In this document: positions 23,501 to 36,600 of the stretch, piece after piece
Position numbering within the stretch: the first letter of the stretch is position 1
Layout of the letters: every line of letters begins with the position of its first letter
NCBI RefSeq assembly: GCF_036588685.1
Contig: NC_086378.1
Span: 56,792,001 to 56,856,000, forward strand
Direction of reading: 5' to 3'
Origin: Mytilus trossulus
Lineage: Eukaryota
Length of the DNA: 64,000 nt
Translations under genes and position numbers: made by a program
The notes under the pieces: model-generated
What the model was told of the DNA's origin: nothing
The model's input: the letters and a program-made list of their open reading frames with translations, nothing else
Databases searched by the model: none

Positions 23501-25326
23501 TTATTGTTTGTCTGTCCCAAGCCAGGAGTCATTCTGGTTGCTATTGGTGGGTGAGTGTCGGTCTTTAATATTTTTTTTCGTTTATTGTTGCTTTATGAAA
23601 CGGATCGTTTGTTTTCTTTTCACACTTTGTCATTCCTGTAACTTCTATGTGTTACTACCCCATGTGTGCTTACTTCATTATTAAAGGTCATCTGTAGACC
23701 TGTATACATGTAGTCAGTTGTTCATATTTTTGTCACTTTCTGGTAACCATTCCACATATCATAACTTTCACATTGATTATTTCATTGAGTTGTATCCTAC
23801 ATACAAAATATTAACCCGAATAATCCAGTAGTTATATTACGATCACTACGATTACATCATTCGGAAACTATCATACACATTCAAAGGTACCAGGATTATA
23901 ATTTAGTACGCCAGACGCGCGTTTCGTCAACATAAGACTCATCAGTGACGCTCATATCAAATTATTTATAAATCCAAACAAGTACAAGTACAACGTTGAA
24001 GAGCATTGATGATCAAAAACTCTAAAAAGTTGTGCCAAGTACGGTTAAGGTAATCTATGCCTTGGATAAGAAAATCCTTAGTTTTTCGAAAATTTTTAAG
24101 TTTGGAAACATACTATACTGAAAATCTCTGAAACTATGTATTTAAGTCCCGATCTTGCGAGACCATCATTTGAGATCAAGATCGACTCGTTAAGCATCTC
24201 CGAGCAGTAGCATAACATTTAAATCTTCAATTTCATACCCCAAGGGTGACTGGGGAAACGAAATATGGTCACTTGGTCTTCTCCCGATCGGCAGTAAAAC
24301 GCTTGCCGAAGTGGGGCGTCCGATTGGGTGTGCAGGATGTATCAAGTTCGCAGACTCGTCCGGTCAGAATGGGGACGTTAAATCCGATGCCTCGTGTAAA
24401 GAGAGTGCTACGCTCTTTGCATGTTAAGAACCCTTGCAACAACTCTTTGAGGGGTCCGTAGGTGGCCATTATCCCAAATGGCCTCTATTATTACAAGACC
24501 TATCTATTGTATTCATTGTTAACCTGTTCTCGTCCTGAAAATGCATGAAATATTTGCCACAGGACTTCTCATGGTTAAACAAACAACAATCAATCAATCA
24601 ATCAATTTCAAATATAGTACTATAGATATAAACATAGGAAAAGAGAAAGGTTTATTCTCCAATAACTTTGTACTTACGGTATTTGTTTGTATTGTAAAAC
24701 TAGTCGAGTTCTCTGTGCATATGGACAAAACCTCATACTGTAAATTCTCATCACACCAGGAGTGAGAGGTGGACATTTTGTACCTGAAATAGGAATACCC
24801 TAGATCAATTTAAATCACTAATTACTACAGTAGGAGCATACTATAAACAGTTGCAGTACATGAAAAATATAGAATAGATCACAATAATCAGAGAAAGAGT
24901 AGAGCTAGGTCTTCTCAGAATGTATGAAATATGAAACAAAGCTACATTTTTAGTATAATTAGAACATATCAAAAACAAAATTGGATCCACCAGTTACAGA
25001 GCTCATCATTACCTTGCTGATTTGTACATATCATGCCCGACAATATTAAATAAAATTTACTTACTTACTTACCAGCGATATGTCTAACTTCAGGTATGGC
25101 CACAGAAACATAGTTCATGTAAATGACCGCACAACGATTTATGAAATTAATAAAAGCTATTTAAAGGCTTACATCTAAAACTGTTGCAAGATGAAATGTG
25201 CAGTAAAAATCGACAGGCTCATCCACTACATAACTTCCTTTTTGCTGGGACATAAATCTTACCTTTTCCTAACGAAAATGGAAATAGATCCTTTTCTAGT
25301 GGTGATGAGGAACTTCTAGCCATCAT
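20592..25326 (-). CDS. GSTO1: glutathione S-transferase omega (~257 aa)
   Basis: Exons 25326-25263 (MMARS...SLGKG), 24783-24678 (...[19 protein letters not shown]), 22673-22454, 21379-21250 and 20845-20592 ([10 protein letters not shown]); all GT-AG with matching phases 1,2,0,1; omega active-site CPYA and ES motifs present. Confidence 0.95.
21668..22220 (+). repeat. dispersed repeat in GST intron
   Basis: Long copy of the AAGAAGATGTGGTATGATTGCC family. Confidence 0.7.
23908..23951 (-). ncRNA. minimal type I hammerhead ribozyme (within element ~23880-24110)
   Basis: GCGUCA-CUGAUGA-GUCuuauguuGAC-GAAA-CGCGCG-UC^-UGGCGU; all core nucleotides intact; predicted cleavage between 23914 and 23913. 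Confidence 0.85.
24238..24606 (+). mobile_element. SINE with Deu/Nin-like central domain and (CAAT)n tail
   Basis: GGGGACGTTAAATCCG...GCATGTTAAGAACCC resembles the Deu/Nin SINE core; tail GCATGAAATATTTGCCAC...CAATCAATCAATCAAT. Confidence 0.6.
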
Positions 25327-26026
25327 TTGAAATACAAGTTTATGTGGTCTTACTAACGTCCTAGAGTAAAATGTTGAGGATAACATTTGTCAGAAGAAGT
25401 GTTGACATATATCACGAGGGCATTATATAGAACGTTAGAGATTAAAATGCAGGACGTTCGTATGTTGATTATGTCCCTTTGTTCTGTATCACAAATTACG
25501 GTAACGTTATAATTTTTTTACAGTAAAACTTTCAATAATTTGTTTAAAAAAAAGAGATAGACATTTAACCAAATTTACCTAGTCTAAAAACAGAATTAGA
25601 CTAAAAATAGACTAAAACAGAGTTAGACACACAGATAATACACATGACACACATGAGCTATTAATTAAGTTTGTTTCCTTTGGGATACTGATTAATCCAT
25701 CCCGAGATCTATCCATGCTTAAAATCATAAGAAATTAAGACTTTCAAAATATGTAAGTGTAAGATGTATATTTTCCTCATAAATTCTTAAAGACAAAAAC
25801 GATTTGATATATACACCTATATTTGAGTGTTTCAAACACTTAAAGTCCGTGTAACTTAACACTTGTCAATTCAAATTTTATTTTTTTATTTTTTATTTTA
25901 ATGTTGTTTTTTTTTCTATCAAAGATTTAAATGTTTTAAAAAATGTAAAAACAAGCTTTGTTTTTTTTTAATTTGGAAAAAAGAAGTGAAATGTTTAAAT
26001 TATAAACTCCGTTTTAATATCTAATA

Positions 26027-26084
26027 GTTTTCGCGCCCTTTGCGAAACATGGCGCTATTAAACGGGAGTTGTAAGTTGTAAGTT
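26027..26084 (+). promoter_or_regulatory. candidate promoter / non-coding first exon of the claudin-like gene
   Basis: TTTTCGCGC (E2F-like) and AACATGGCG (YY1-like) motifs followed by two tandem GTAAGT donors (26071, 26078); candidate acceptor at 28320 upstream of ATG 28392. Confidence 0.4.
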
Positions 26085-26530
26085 AGTTATAGATATATAA
26101 GCAAATTTCATTAATACTAAATATATAATAATATATATAAAAACTGAATGTACAGTTTTGATTATATAGCTTTTTGAAAGTAAAAATGTTTTTAAGGGGA
26201 AACTTGGGATTAAAAAGGGAATGAATACCTGTTACAAATGCCACAAAGAATATGACGGAACGAAATAAAGTTTGCATAACCGAATCAAAACGAAAACAAT
26301 ATTTTCTGAAAAACTAAAGGTAATCAGAAGCTCCCAGTTGCAAATATTTCATGCATGTTAAGAAAGATAGCAAATTAATAATAAATACAATACTGAGTCT
26401 TGTAATAGAATCCAGTCGGGACGAAGTCGGCAAACTTAAGACAGCCACCGGAAAATGCGGGTTTAGTGAATAGGGACAGAAATTTGGCCTGCAACAGGCA
26501 AACAACGATGCGTTACGGGGGTTCTTAACT

Positions 26531-26747
26531 GAGGGTATGGATGGGGGGGGGGGGGGTCTGTTATTCTGTAAACATTTAATTTTCACCCTATTTTTCTCTA
26601 ATCTTTAAAAAATTAACCTCTATTTTCTCTAATCTTCCAAAAATTAACCTTTTTATTCTCTAATCTTCTATTTTTTGGCTCATTATTCTCTAATCTTCAT
26701 TTTTTAAGGGCATTATTCTTTAATCATTTAACCCCATCCAAACCATC
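26531..26747. mobile_element. MITE with internal TATTCTCTAATCTT repeats
   Basis: TIR GAGGGTATGGATGGGG / CCCCATCCAAACCATC; TTAACT duplicated on both flanks. Confidence 0.65.
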
Positions 26748-27052
26748 TTAACTGTCATTCGATAAGTTACAAAGCAGGATGAGAATTGCGTGTTAGCTTG
26801 TCACTAGTGTTACAAATGGGCAAATAATAGGCTGCGACCATGCGACATATCAGAAAACGGGAGCGATGAGAGATCAGTTTTTAATTAGATTGTTCAGGCT
26901 CCCCCAAAAAACAGCAACAAAATCCCCCCCCCCCTAAAAAAAACCCAAAAAAAACCCAAACAAACAAAAACAAAACACTTCCCATATTTCACTGCCGTAC
27001 GATTTACTGAATGATCGTTAGAAATAAGATCAATTAAGCTATTAATATATAG

Positions 27053-27833
27053 GAGATAGAAATTGAATTACCAAATTTTGACCAATCAATTGGTTCTTTA
27101 TGTCAGTATGTTAAAAATAAACTATTTAAAAGTTATGTCACATTTTGGAATAAACTGAAGTATCAAACAATTAACTCTGAAAAAGGGAAGCTTGGTACTT
27201 ATTTTTCCATAAAAAATTGTTTTAAAAAAGAAAAATATTTAGAATTGCAGGACTTCAAAAAAAGGCAGTCAATTTGTAAATTAAGAATAAGTGCTCACTC
27301 TTTAAAAATTGAGACAGACAGATATTCAAAAAAGCATATAGAAAGATCTGAGCGTCTTTGTACTAATTGCTCACTTGGTAAAGTTGAATGCCCTCTTTAT
27401 GATATTCAAAGGGATGATTTTTTTCAAGACATTTCTTACAATTGTTATAATTTTATAAACTTAAACAAATCTTCTCAATTTTTATGGCTCTTGACCCAAG
27501 AAAATGTTACTCTTATGGAAAAACTGGGTTGCTATATTTGTGACTGTTTTGAATTAAGGAGATCAGGCATGAACACTGACATTTAGTCAAGTAAATAATT
27601 TGAAAATAAATACATATGCATGTATAATGTAATTTTATTATTCTTTTATTCACAATATATATGTGGGTTTTAGCTTGATTCTGACCAATGCTTATATTCC
27701 AATTATATATGTATATGCCTCTATTATTGCTGTTGTTACTAATTATGTAAATCAATTGTATCTGATTTTATGCCCTTTATGGGCCCTGTAATTTGGGAAA
27801 TAAAATTATTCTATTCTATTCTATTCTATTCTA
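27053..27833 (+). mobile_element. 5'-truncated non-LTR retrotransposon (CR1/L2-group ORF2 C-terminus)
   Basis: Open frame 27053-27586 with KLRISAHSLKIETDRY...ERLCTNC...CPLY motifs; AATAAA and (ATTCT)n tail; possible TSD TATAGG. Confidence 0.8.
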
Positions 27834-28391
27834 TAGGCAATGTTATAAAACAACCTTGTATTGATTTTTTCACTAGCTATAGTCTTATCATATTTATTAT
27901 ATCTACAGTTGAGTTAGTCTAGATAAACGAAAGTAACCACATTCCAATGTCTCGATGTATTAGGAAATATAATTAGTCCAATTTCCATATAAAACGGTTC
28001 TGAAATTGGCTATACAATATTTGCTTATAAAAATGGAAATTTGTTTTTTGTAGCCTTTCAGATTGTCAACATATAAAAACGAATTTTCTGACTATATATG
28101 GTCATAATAGCAATATTACTTCATATTTTTCCTGTCTGATACTTGTTTGCATATGCTTTTTTTGCTTTTTTTTCTATTTTATGTCTATTATTTTACGATT
28201 ATATATATTTTTAAAATTCGAGTTAACTCTGCGTATCAGTAATTGACCTTTCGTCTTTGAAAGTTATTGGTATGTGCACTCTGTCTACACTTTAAATGAC
28301 TGTGTATATTATTGTCGTAGTGTGTATATTCTATCCACCTGGGAAATTCCGTGACGCAAAGAATTTCTAAATTTAAACATTTGTACTCGAC

Positions 28392-31371
28392 ATGGCATGT
28401 CCTGAAGCATGGTTAAAACTGCAACCAGTGATTAAGATCGTGTTTTTGTCAACAATTATTGCTTTCTGTTCATTAATTCTAGGATTTGCAACACCAGTAT
28501 GGGCGTCTGCGAGTGGTGCCATTTTAATTCAATTCTATGATTCGGAAGGAAAGCATTCGGGAAGTGTCGGTATGGATCATATGGGGTTGTGGCAAGCCTG
28601 TGGCGGTGGCATCGGGTGTATAAATTTGGTGCATGACATCCCAGGTAATGTATATTTGTTGAAATAATATATATATAGCAATCTTGACATTTTCACCTGT
28701 ACATTTATATTTAGTTTATTTTTTAATGTATACCATGTTAACTGTGGAATACCTGAATTAAAGATTAAATTCCTTTGCTTCGTTGGTCAATATATTGCAT
28801 ACCGAGATTTTATATTGATTAGTTCATTCGGACAATATATACAATACTAATTAATTTTAAAAATATCAAATTAAGAAATATCATTGACTATCATGATAAT
28901 AAAAATGCTATCTATCATTTATGATCATTAATTAGAAAATTAAAAGTTCGAATTACTGATATTTGTGTAAGATATAAAATATGGATTTTTAGAATTGAAT
29001 ATAAATCGATTTTCACTGTAAAAGCATGTTAGCAACCAAAAAATGTATGACAGAATACGAAATAATATTTAGTCATAAGGGAGCTCCCTTTTGATTTTTA
29101 CTCTTTAAAAAAACAGGATAAACCAACAAAAAGGCAGCACTGAGTAGAGTGAAAAAATTAAACGACAGGACAGTATTTTTTATTATAGCCCTCCCATAAT
29201 TCCCTCATAAAAATCAAATGGTAGCTCCCTAAGAGTAAATAAAAAACCCACAAAACTGTGTTTAGCGAATATTTAAAAATGGCACATCGAATCATGATCG
29301 TTGAATTTGGCGATTTTTTTAACTTTGAATCCTTTTTTTTTTTTTTTTTTAAAGTGTTGATGGAATTATTTTTTACAATCTGTCCAGTGTGATCAGATTT
29401 TAATGAAAATCCGCAAGTTTGTAAAAAATGGAAAAAAAACCTTGTTCGAATAACGTACAGCAAAATCTTCCAAGAATGTATCGAAGTATTTTTCATTAAA
29501 AGGTATAAATGAGGTTGTACAATGTGTTGCGTTTCTTAAGGCACCATGTATATCGGAATAGCTGCATTATAGATTATACTTTCATCCGACTAGTCAATAT
29601 CGTATTACTATATAGACTGGAGTGGATATCAAAAATATGTATTATTGCTATTATTTTTTTGTGTGTGTTTCCTGTAGCCTTTTTTTATTGCACATGTTAC
29701 ATATCTATTTGTCTGGTCTGTGAATTGTATATGTTTCTGTTTATAATGAAATTTTGTGTATGCTATATGCCTTTCTGGGGCCTTGGTTTGGTGAATTAAA
29801 ATATTCTATTATGTTCTATATTGCAACATTGGACCATGTTTTTTTTTTTATAGTAAACTTCTATGCCGTTTGGTCTCTTATGGACTGTTGTCTTAGTGCA
29901 TGGCAATCATACCACATCTGCTTATTTTAAAAGTTAATCCGTCTTTCTCTTTACAGGTTTTTTAGTAGCTTCCAGAGTATTTGCGTGTTTCAGCCTTATT
30001 TCATCGTTTGTTGGCATTGCTATGGTGTTTTGGTTCGCATGTGTATCTAAAACTGATAATGTACGACTTCTCATGCTGTCGATGATAATGTCATTTGTTA
30101 CTGGTATGTCTTTAAAAAGTTATTACATGTTGATAAACTACGAAGTCTGTTTGATTTAGATTAATTTTTGCTGAAAAAAATAATCACAGAGTCAAATACG
30201 GGTTCCAACTGATCCCTCGAGGGACAAACATAAGCTGTCCAACTGATTGATTGATTGTTGATGTTTTAATGCCACCTGTAATGTAAGGGCCACTTTTGGT
30301 GGTGGATCCCGAACATTAGATTATTTAAAACTATGCACTTGTCATATTTATATATAACTTCAACATCAGATACTATATGTCTTCATATATATGAATACAA
30401 TTGTTGAAATGGTTGTTGCCATGGCCTAAACACTTTTTTTTATTAAACGCACTATAAAAACATTTAGGGCAACAGAGGGAATCCCCGAACATGGTAATTA
30501 CTGGAATTCAATTCATTCTTCACCAGCCAAACTCTAGATCTAAAATAACCAAAACAATTGCAGCTGTCATGTTTTTTATAATTAACTTGACATAGTTAAA
30601 AGATATAAGTAGTATGTTATTCACAAAACATTTCATTAATATGTCACGGAGCTAGAAAGAACATTAAAGCACTTAATGTTACTGCGTATAAATAACAGAT
30701 GATATCAGAGAGCCTGAGATGTTTTATTGGTGCATTGGGCCTCTTTTTGAAATTTGCAATGCTTAATATTGAGTCAAAAAATTATCATAGAAAAGAAAGG
30801 ATAAGGGATCATAAGGGATGTCCATCCATGAAACAAAACCAGTTTGTCAGTTTATTTGACTTTATTTAACGTGTTTTCTCCATACCTAAGCGAATTAGCA
30901 TAAGTGCAATATGTCTGGTGCCAAAAAGAAACTTTAGAAAGATAGTATTTTAAAATGGTATCTTAAATGCCGTGGACACCAAGCTGTGATGATACTTTAA
31001 AAAACGATTTATTCAGTTTTATCATTTATCAAGTTCAGAGAACACTGCGTCCATTGATTTGTTTTACACATATAAATAATATGAAGATATATTTTTTAGG
31101 CTTAGACCCTTACCAAACGGTAAAATCGAAAGTTCAAAAGTTTTATGTTTATTTGTAAAAATAAAATAAGATATAGCAAGTCGAACGCATGATTAACAGT
31201 ATAGTCTGATCTGATTTTTCAGGGGCATTGATAATAATTACTGTTGCCATATTTAGCGGAGAAGTAAAAAATCACCTGAGTTTTTCTTTTGCGATGATGT
31301 GCATTGCCGCCATTGTGTATACTGTAAATGGCGTATTGTTTCTTGTGTACATTGGAACCGGAAGGAGATGA
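28392..31371 (+). CDS. PMP22/EMP/MP20/claudin-family tetraspan membrane protein (182 aa)
   Basis: Exons 28392-28644, 29957-30103 and 31223-31371 (phase 1,1; GT-AG); W...GLW..C....C signature in loop 1 and four hydrophobic segments; ends GTGRR*. Confidence 0.9.
29079..29229. mobile_element. Tourist/PIF-Harbinger-like MITE
   Basis: TAA|GGGAGCTcCCtTTTGATTTTTA ... TAAAAATCAAATGGTAGCTCCC|TAA. Confidence 0.75.
29500..29820 (+). mobile_element. 3' end fragment of a LINE related to 27053-27833
   Basis: Shares the terminal ATGCCtTT..GGGCC..G...TTGG.AA.TAAAA.TATTCTATT motif. Confidence 0.45.
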
Positions 31372-33601
31372 TGATGGTGCAATCATGAGCTATTCTTCAG
31401 AAGAAAAGTATTATTTGACAGTTGTTGTGCCTGCTTTTTGTTGATGTACACTCATTACGAAAGTACTGTTCTGAGCGGTGTTTCATTTCTAGTCGAGCTA
31501 CCCAATCAGGATTATTGCATTGAATGAAAGAACAAGTAATTTATACCGGTGTATTATTTATATAATTATACGCAAATGATATGTGTTACAATTATAAGTT
31601 ATAAAAATATTCCTTTTGTATATAATTTATTATTATATATATTGTTATAAGCATTGCACATTTAACAAGTACCGGCTATATTCATGGGAGCATCCGCGGT
31701 GGTTTCGTGGTATCGTCCCGTCAAGGGGGTTTCTAAATATTCCCATGCACCACACTGAGTCGCTAAAAAAATGGAATGTTATATACAACAATAAAATTTT
31801 CTGACAATTATGTCTTGTCTGCCTGAATAATGCATTCACATAAAAGATATGTTTTAAAACCTAGACTACCAAAACACTGTAATATCAGATTAAAATCTTA
31901 GCAATAAAAATGATTCTTTCATACACCCCAAATTTGCCTTATGTAATACAAATCGAATTGAGAATGGAAATAGGAACTATGTCAAAGAGACAACAACCAA
32001 AACAAACATAAAACAGTCAAATACAGAGAAAAAAATATTTTCATAAAAGAAATTTTTAATTCCGTTCCACTGGCTTAGTTAGAATCAATCAAAGATGCAG
32101 AAAAAGCACTGTATAATTTGCAATTCCGTATCGTTTTGTGTTTTATGCATAATAAAAACAAATGGGTGATAACAAGGAAAACACAAAAACAATAAGTACC
32201 GATCCTAAATCGAATATCAATGTGGTATTGTGTATTGGAATTGTAATAAATTTTCAATTTGGTTTATAGTACAATTAACCAATCATAAAACGGTAGTAAA
32301 ACAGTCAGTAATCTTTATTACATTTAATGGTGATACTAAAATCGAAAGATATAATTTAGAATACAGTCCGTACACAAATACTGTCAAAATTGATATTTTG
32401 GTTGGTCTTACAACTAGTGATACAATCCGACTTGTCCTTATTCCCCCATCAATGACTTGTTGTATTCTTTAATTAAATGCAAATATGGCTTGGGTAAGTG
32501 TTCATTTGCTGTGTAGATTCTGCTTACCTTTCAACGTGTAGGTACATGCCTGACATGCCTGCATAAGTATGGGTTTTATTTTAGTTATCAGTTGATGAGA
32601 TATACTCCTGGACTTGTTTTTCCGGCTATAGCGATTCCCTTGAAAGAAGGTAGCTACCTACAAATGCATTGTGCAACTAAAGGTTCCTAATATATTCTTA
32701 ACATGATATAAACCCATCGAGACCAAAATGATTTGATTGACCTTTATTTTTAAATCGTTATCACAGATGACCATAAACATGTTGCATTTGTCGAAGCCGC
32801 AGTCCCGTCCTCATTTCCTCGAATGTAATCATGAATTATTAACTCATATTTACTTTAATGAGCTCATTCGGGTATCAGTAGAGAAACGATAACTGCTTAC
32901 ACCAAGATCGCTTAAGTTCATCCCCATTTTGTTAACAGTCGTATTGACCAATCTTCAGCTGTCTACATGCGTGTTGTTTTGTGGACTTGTTTTGTTTTGC
33001 TGGTATTCATCAACGTTATCTTTTGGTTCTTGTAATCTTCCCTCCCTTTTCAATTGGTGATATATATTAAGCAAAGGCAAGAAAGCTAAAAATGAAACCC
33101 AGTGTGACGATTCCGTGATCGTCAAACACCAAAACTTTCTAGTTAGATGATAGTTTATGGGAACAATTCGTTATATATAGGAAAATGGAGATGCAGTACG
33201 ATACATATTCTCCAGAGAACAGCCGACGTATATCTTTGCAACTTCAGGTCATCGTATGACATAAACAATAAGCAAAACCAACAGTGCATAGTCATATACA
33301 AAAGCTCCGATATTGCAAAATGATAAGCAATGCAAAAGCGAAAACCCAACAGCCTGATATAAATATAAAACAACAAACACAAAGTAAATATTTATACAGA
33401 AACAAACTTTAGTTTCTAAATTTTAAACTTCGGACTTGGGATAAGCATAAGCAGAATATGACAGGGTTAAATTGACTATTGCAAATAAAACAATATCCAA
33501 CCGACAACGATTGGATGCTAACGCGCCCTGCCAATTCGATACAATAAATTATAACTATTGTTAGTTGCATCAATTAGGAGCTATAGAGCTTTGTCTTTGA
33601 A

Positions 33602-36600
33602 ATGATTGAACGTATGAGGATTACAATTTTAATTTTGTGTGCATGCAGTTTTGCAAAATGTGGTAAGACTTTCATACTTATTATATTACACACTAGCAAA
33701 TATAAGCAATTTGAGCAAATAAATCGGACGAAAGCTAAAAAGATAATTTGGCGAATGAATTGTTATCTAACAGAGGAAACATTCTACTCAAGAATATTTC
33801 ATAAACTATTCTCGTCCTGGTAAAGATCATTTCCTCTTTTGAATAAACTGAAATTAAAGCGATATCTAGTCTTAAAAATTACAAAATCTTAAACAAAACA
33901 TTCAGGCTAGTATAAGGTATATCAATGACAAATATATTGTCTTCTTAGAAATGGACTGTTGGTCTATTAATGGTGAAAGTGAATACATTATAATGACAAA
34001 CCAAGGCGGAGCAGACTATGAAAGAGCTATTGGTATCTGTCAGAACTTGAATGCATCACTTGTCAGCATCCATAGCAAGGACGAAGACAAATACATAGAT
34101 AACTTAAGGTAATTGTTATCTAAATAAAATCAACATAGATACCAGGACTAAGTTTTATATATACGCCAGACGCGCGTTTCGTCTAAAAAAGACTCATCAG
34201 TGAAGCTCGAATCCAAAAAAGTTTTTAAAAACTCAAATAAAGTACAAAGTTGAAGAGCGTTGAGATCCAAAATTCCTAAAAGTGCTGCCAAGTAGAGCTA
34301 AGGTAATCTTTGCCTGAGGTAGAAAACCCTTAGTAATTCAAAAGAATCAAAATTTTGTAAACACTAAAATTAAATAGTTTTTACATGTCACGACTATAAC
34401 CACTGGAACTAATGACATGTCGCTCGTATGAATTTCGTTATAAAATGGTGTAGAATAAAAATGATTATACTAGATTCAAGTTTATAACAGTTTGGACAAG
34501 TGTACATCGTATGTTATTACTATTATCGAACCATTTACACGTATCTTGTTTGTCAGGGGGTCTCGGAGGTTGAGTGATCTAGGTAGTCGTTCTACTGTAT
34601 CACTAGGCTGTCAACACTGAGAATGTGAGTTCGAATCACGCAGGTGGCAGGTGGTGCCAGACTATTTATTGGCTAATGTTGTCAACCTTCCTACCAAAAG
34701 TCTTTGTTTCATTTTTTGGACACTTTGCTTTTTTAACCAATAAATCTGACCACAAAGCAATAGAAGAATATAGTGCTGAAAGTGGCATTTTAATAACCAA
34801 AATCAATTAATTAATCAATGATCATCAATGGATCAATCAATTTATCTTGCTTATCACTGACAATGATGCAATAACAGAATGCTGAGTTTTTCACTGGAGA
34901 TGTATACAAGTATAAGAATATGTGGTATGAGTGCCAATGAGACAGCGCTCCATCCAAGTCACAAATTGTATAAGTAAATAAACTCATCATAGATACCAGG
35001 ACTAAATTTAGTATATACGCCAGACGCGCGCTTCGTCTACGAAAGACTCATCCGTGACGCTCGAATGCAAAAAAGTTAAAAAGGCCAAATAAAGTACGAA
35101 GTTGAAGAGCATTGAGAACCAAAATAAACCATTATAGGTCAAAGTACGATCTTTAATACGACACCTTGGCTCATACCGAGTTTCGTACATCTTATAATTA
35201 AAATATTTTATTAAATATATTTTATCTCTCACTCATTAAAACATATACTATGATATTTTCGCATTTAGTAATGAGTATTGATATTTATGCTTCAGAGAAC
35301 AATATGCTGGAGTCCCTGTTTGGATTGGTATGAGAAGTTTCGGAATAGGTTTAGTTCATATTTGGTCAGACGAAACTCCCATTGATTATTTACCGAAAAT
35401 AGAGAGGATTACTTTTCCATTAGAAGGTAATGAAATAGCACGACAAACAATGCCAATGCCTTCGCATGCAACACCCCTTTCTTGATAACAATTAATGCTA
35501 CTCAATCAAAACGACTATGGCACTATTATTGTCGGTGATTATTTTCCCTTTGCTCAAATCCTATAATAAGGTACAAATGTACATGTAAAAACTCGGAACA
35601 GGAGTTTTATTTATTACTTCCTTCTTTCCGACATCGATATACGGGCGAGTTCATTTTATTCAACTTAACTTGAAAGACAAATTCCTTGTAAAGAATACAA
35701 AAAAGCAAACCCAAGCAAAGTATTACTGACGATCGATAATTAAATAACTGAATCAATTAACCAATAAAGCAAACAAATTCGTAATGACGTGTTAGAAAGG
35801 ATGCAAGATTTCAAGATTTTATTCATAACCTCAGACACATACAGGTGTAGAGGAGGACAATATAGTTACAAACATAACATAATACATAGCGAGACAGATG
35901 CAAGACACAAAATAACTCATAGAGAATAATGTTAGACAAAAATGTGTTAGTTACATGTTTGCAATGAAAACAGAAGTTTTACAGGAGTTGAACTAACAAC
36001 GAAATCATACAATAATATTAAATGGCAACTTCATTAGAGACTATATATATATATATTCCTGATTCTCATATTGTGAATGTAACAATCTTAGTAAAAAGAT
36101 TTGAAAATACGTTGAGTACCGAAGTTGTCACCTTAATATTTGTAGGTAGGTCAACATGTAGTTGATAAAACTTGGTTGATATTGGTTCCCTGACATTTGT
36201 TCTATTTTTGTGGCACTATCATCATAGTTGAATAAGTTATGCCTCTTTTTGTACAAAGTTCATCATTGTACCCTGTCACTTTTGCTTGTCTGATGTATAC
36301 AACTTTTACCCACCATTTTTCCTCAGTCATACCTACATACCATAATGGTATGATACCAAAACCCTAACGGGAAGGATTGTGCCTGATGTTCATATGATGA
36401 AATCATAATCTTTCAGTCAGTTTAATTGAAGTCTGGAGCTGGCATGTCAGTTAACTGCTAGTAGTCTGTTGTTATTTATGTATTATTGTCATTTTGTTTA
36501 TTTTCTTTGGTTACATTTTCTGACATCAGACTCGGACTTCTCTTGAACTGAATTTTAATGTGCGTATTGTTATGCGTTTACTTTTCTACATTGGTTAGAG

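Noticed and set aside
35810-36330. Possible minus-strand LINE 3' fragment
   Set aside because: A tail-like repeat and short open frame are present but no diagnostic motif was recognised.
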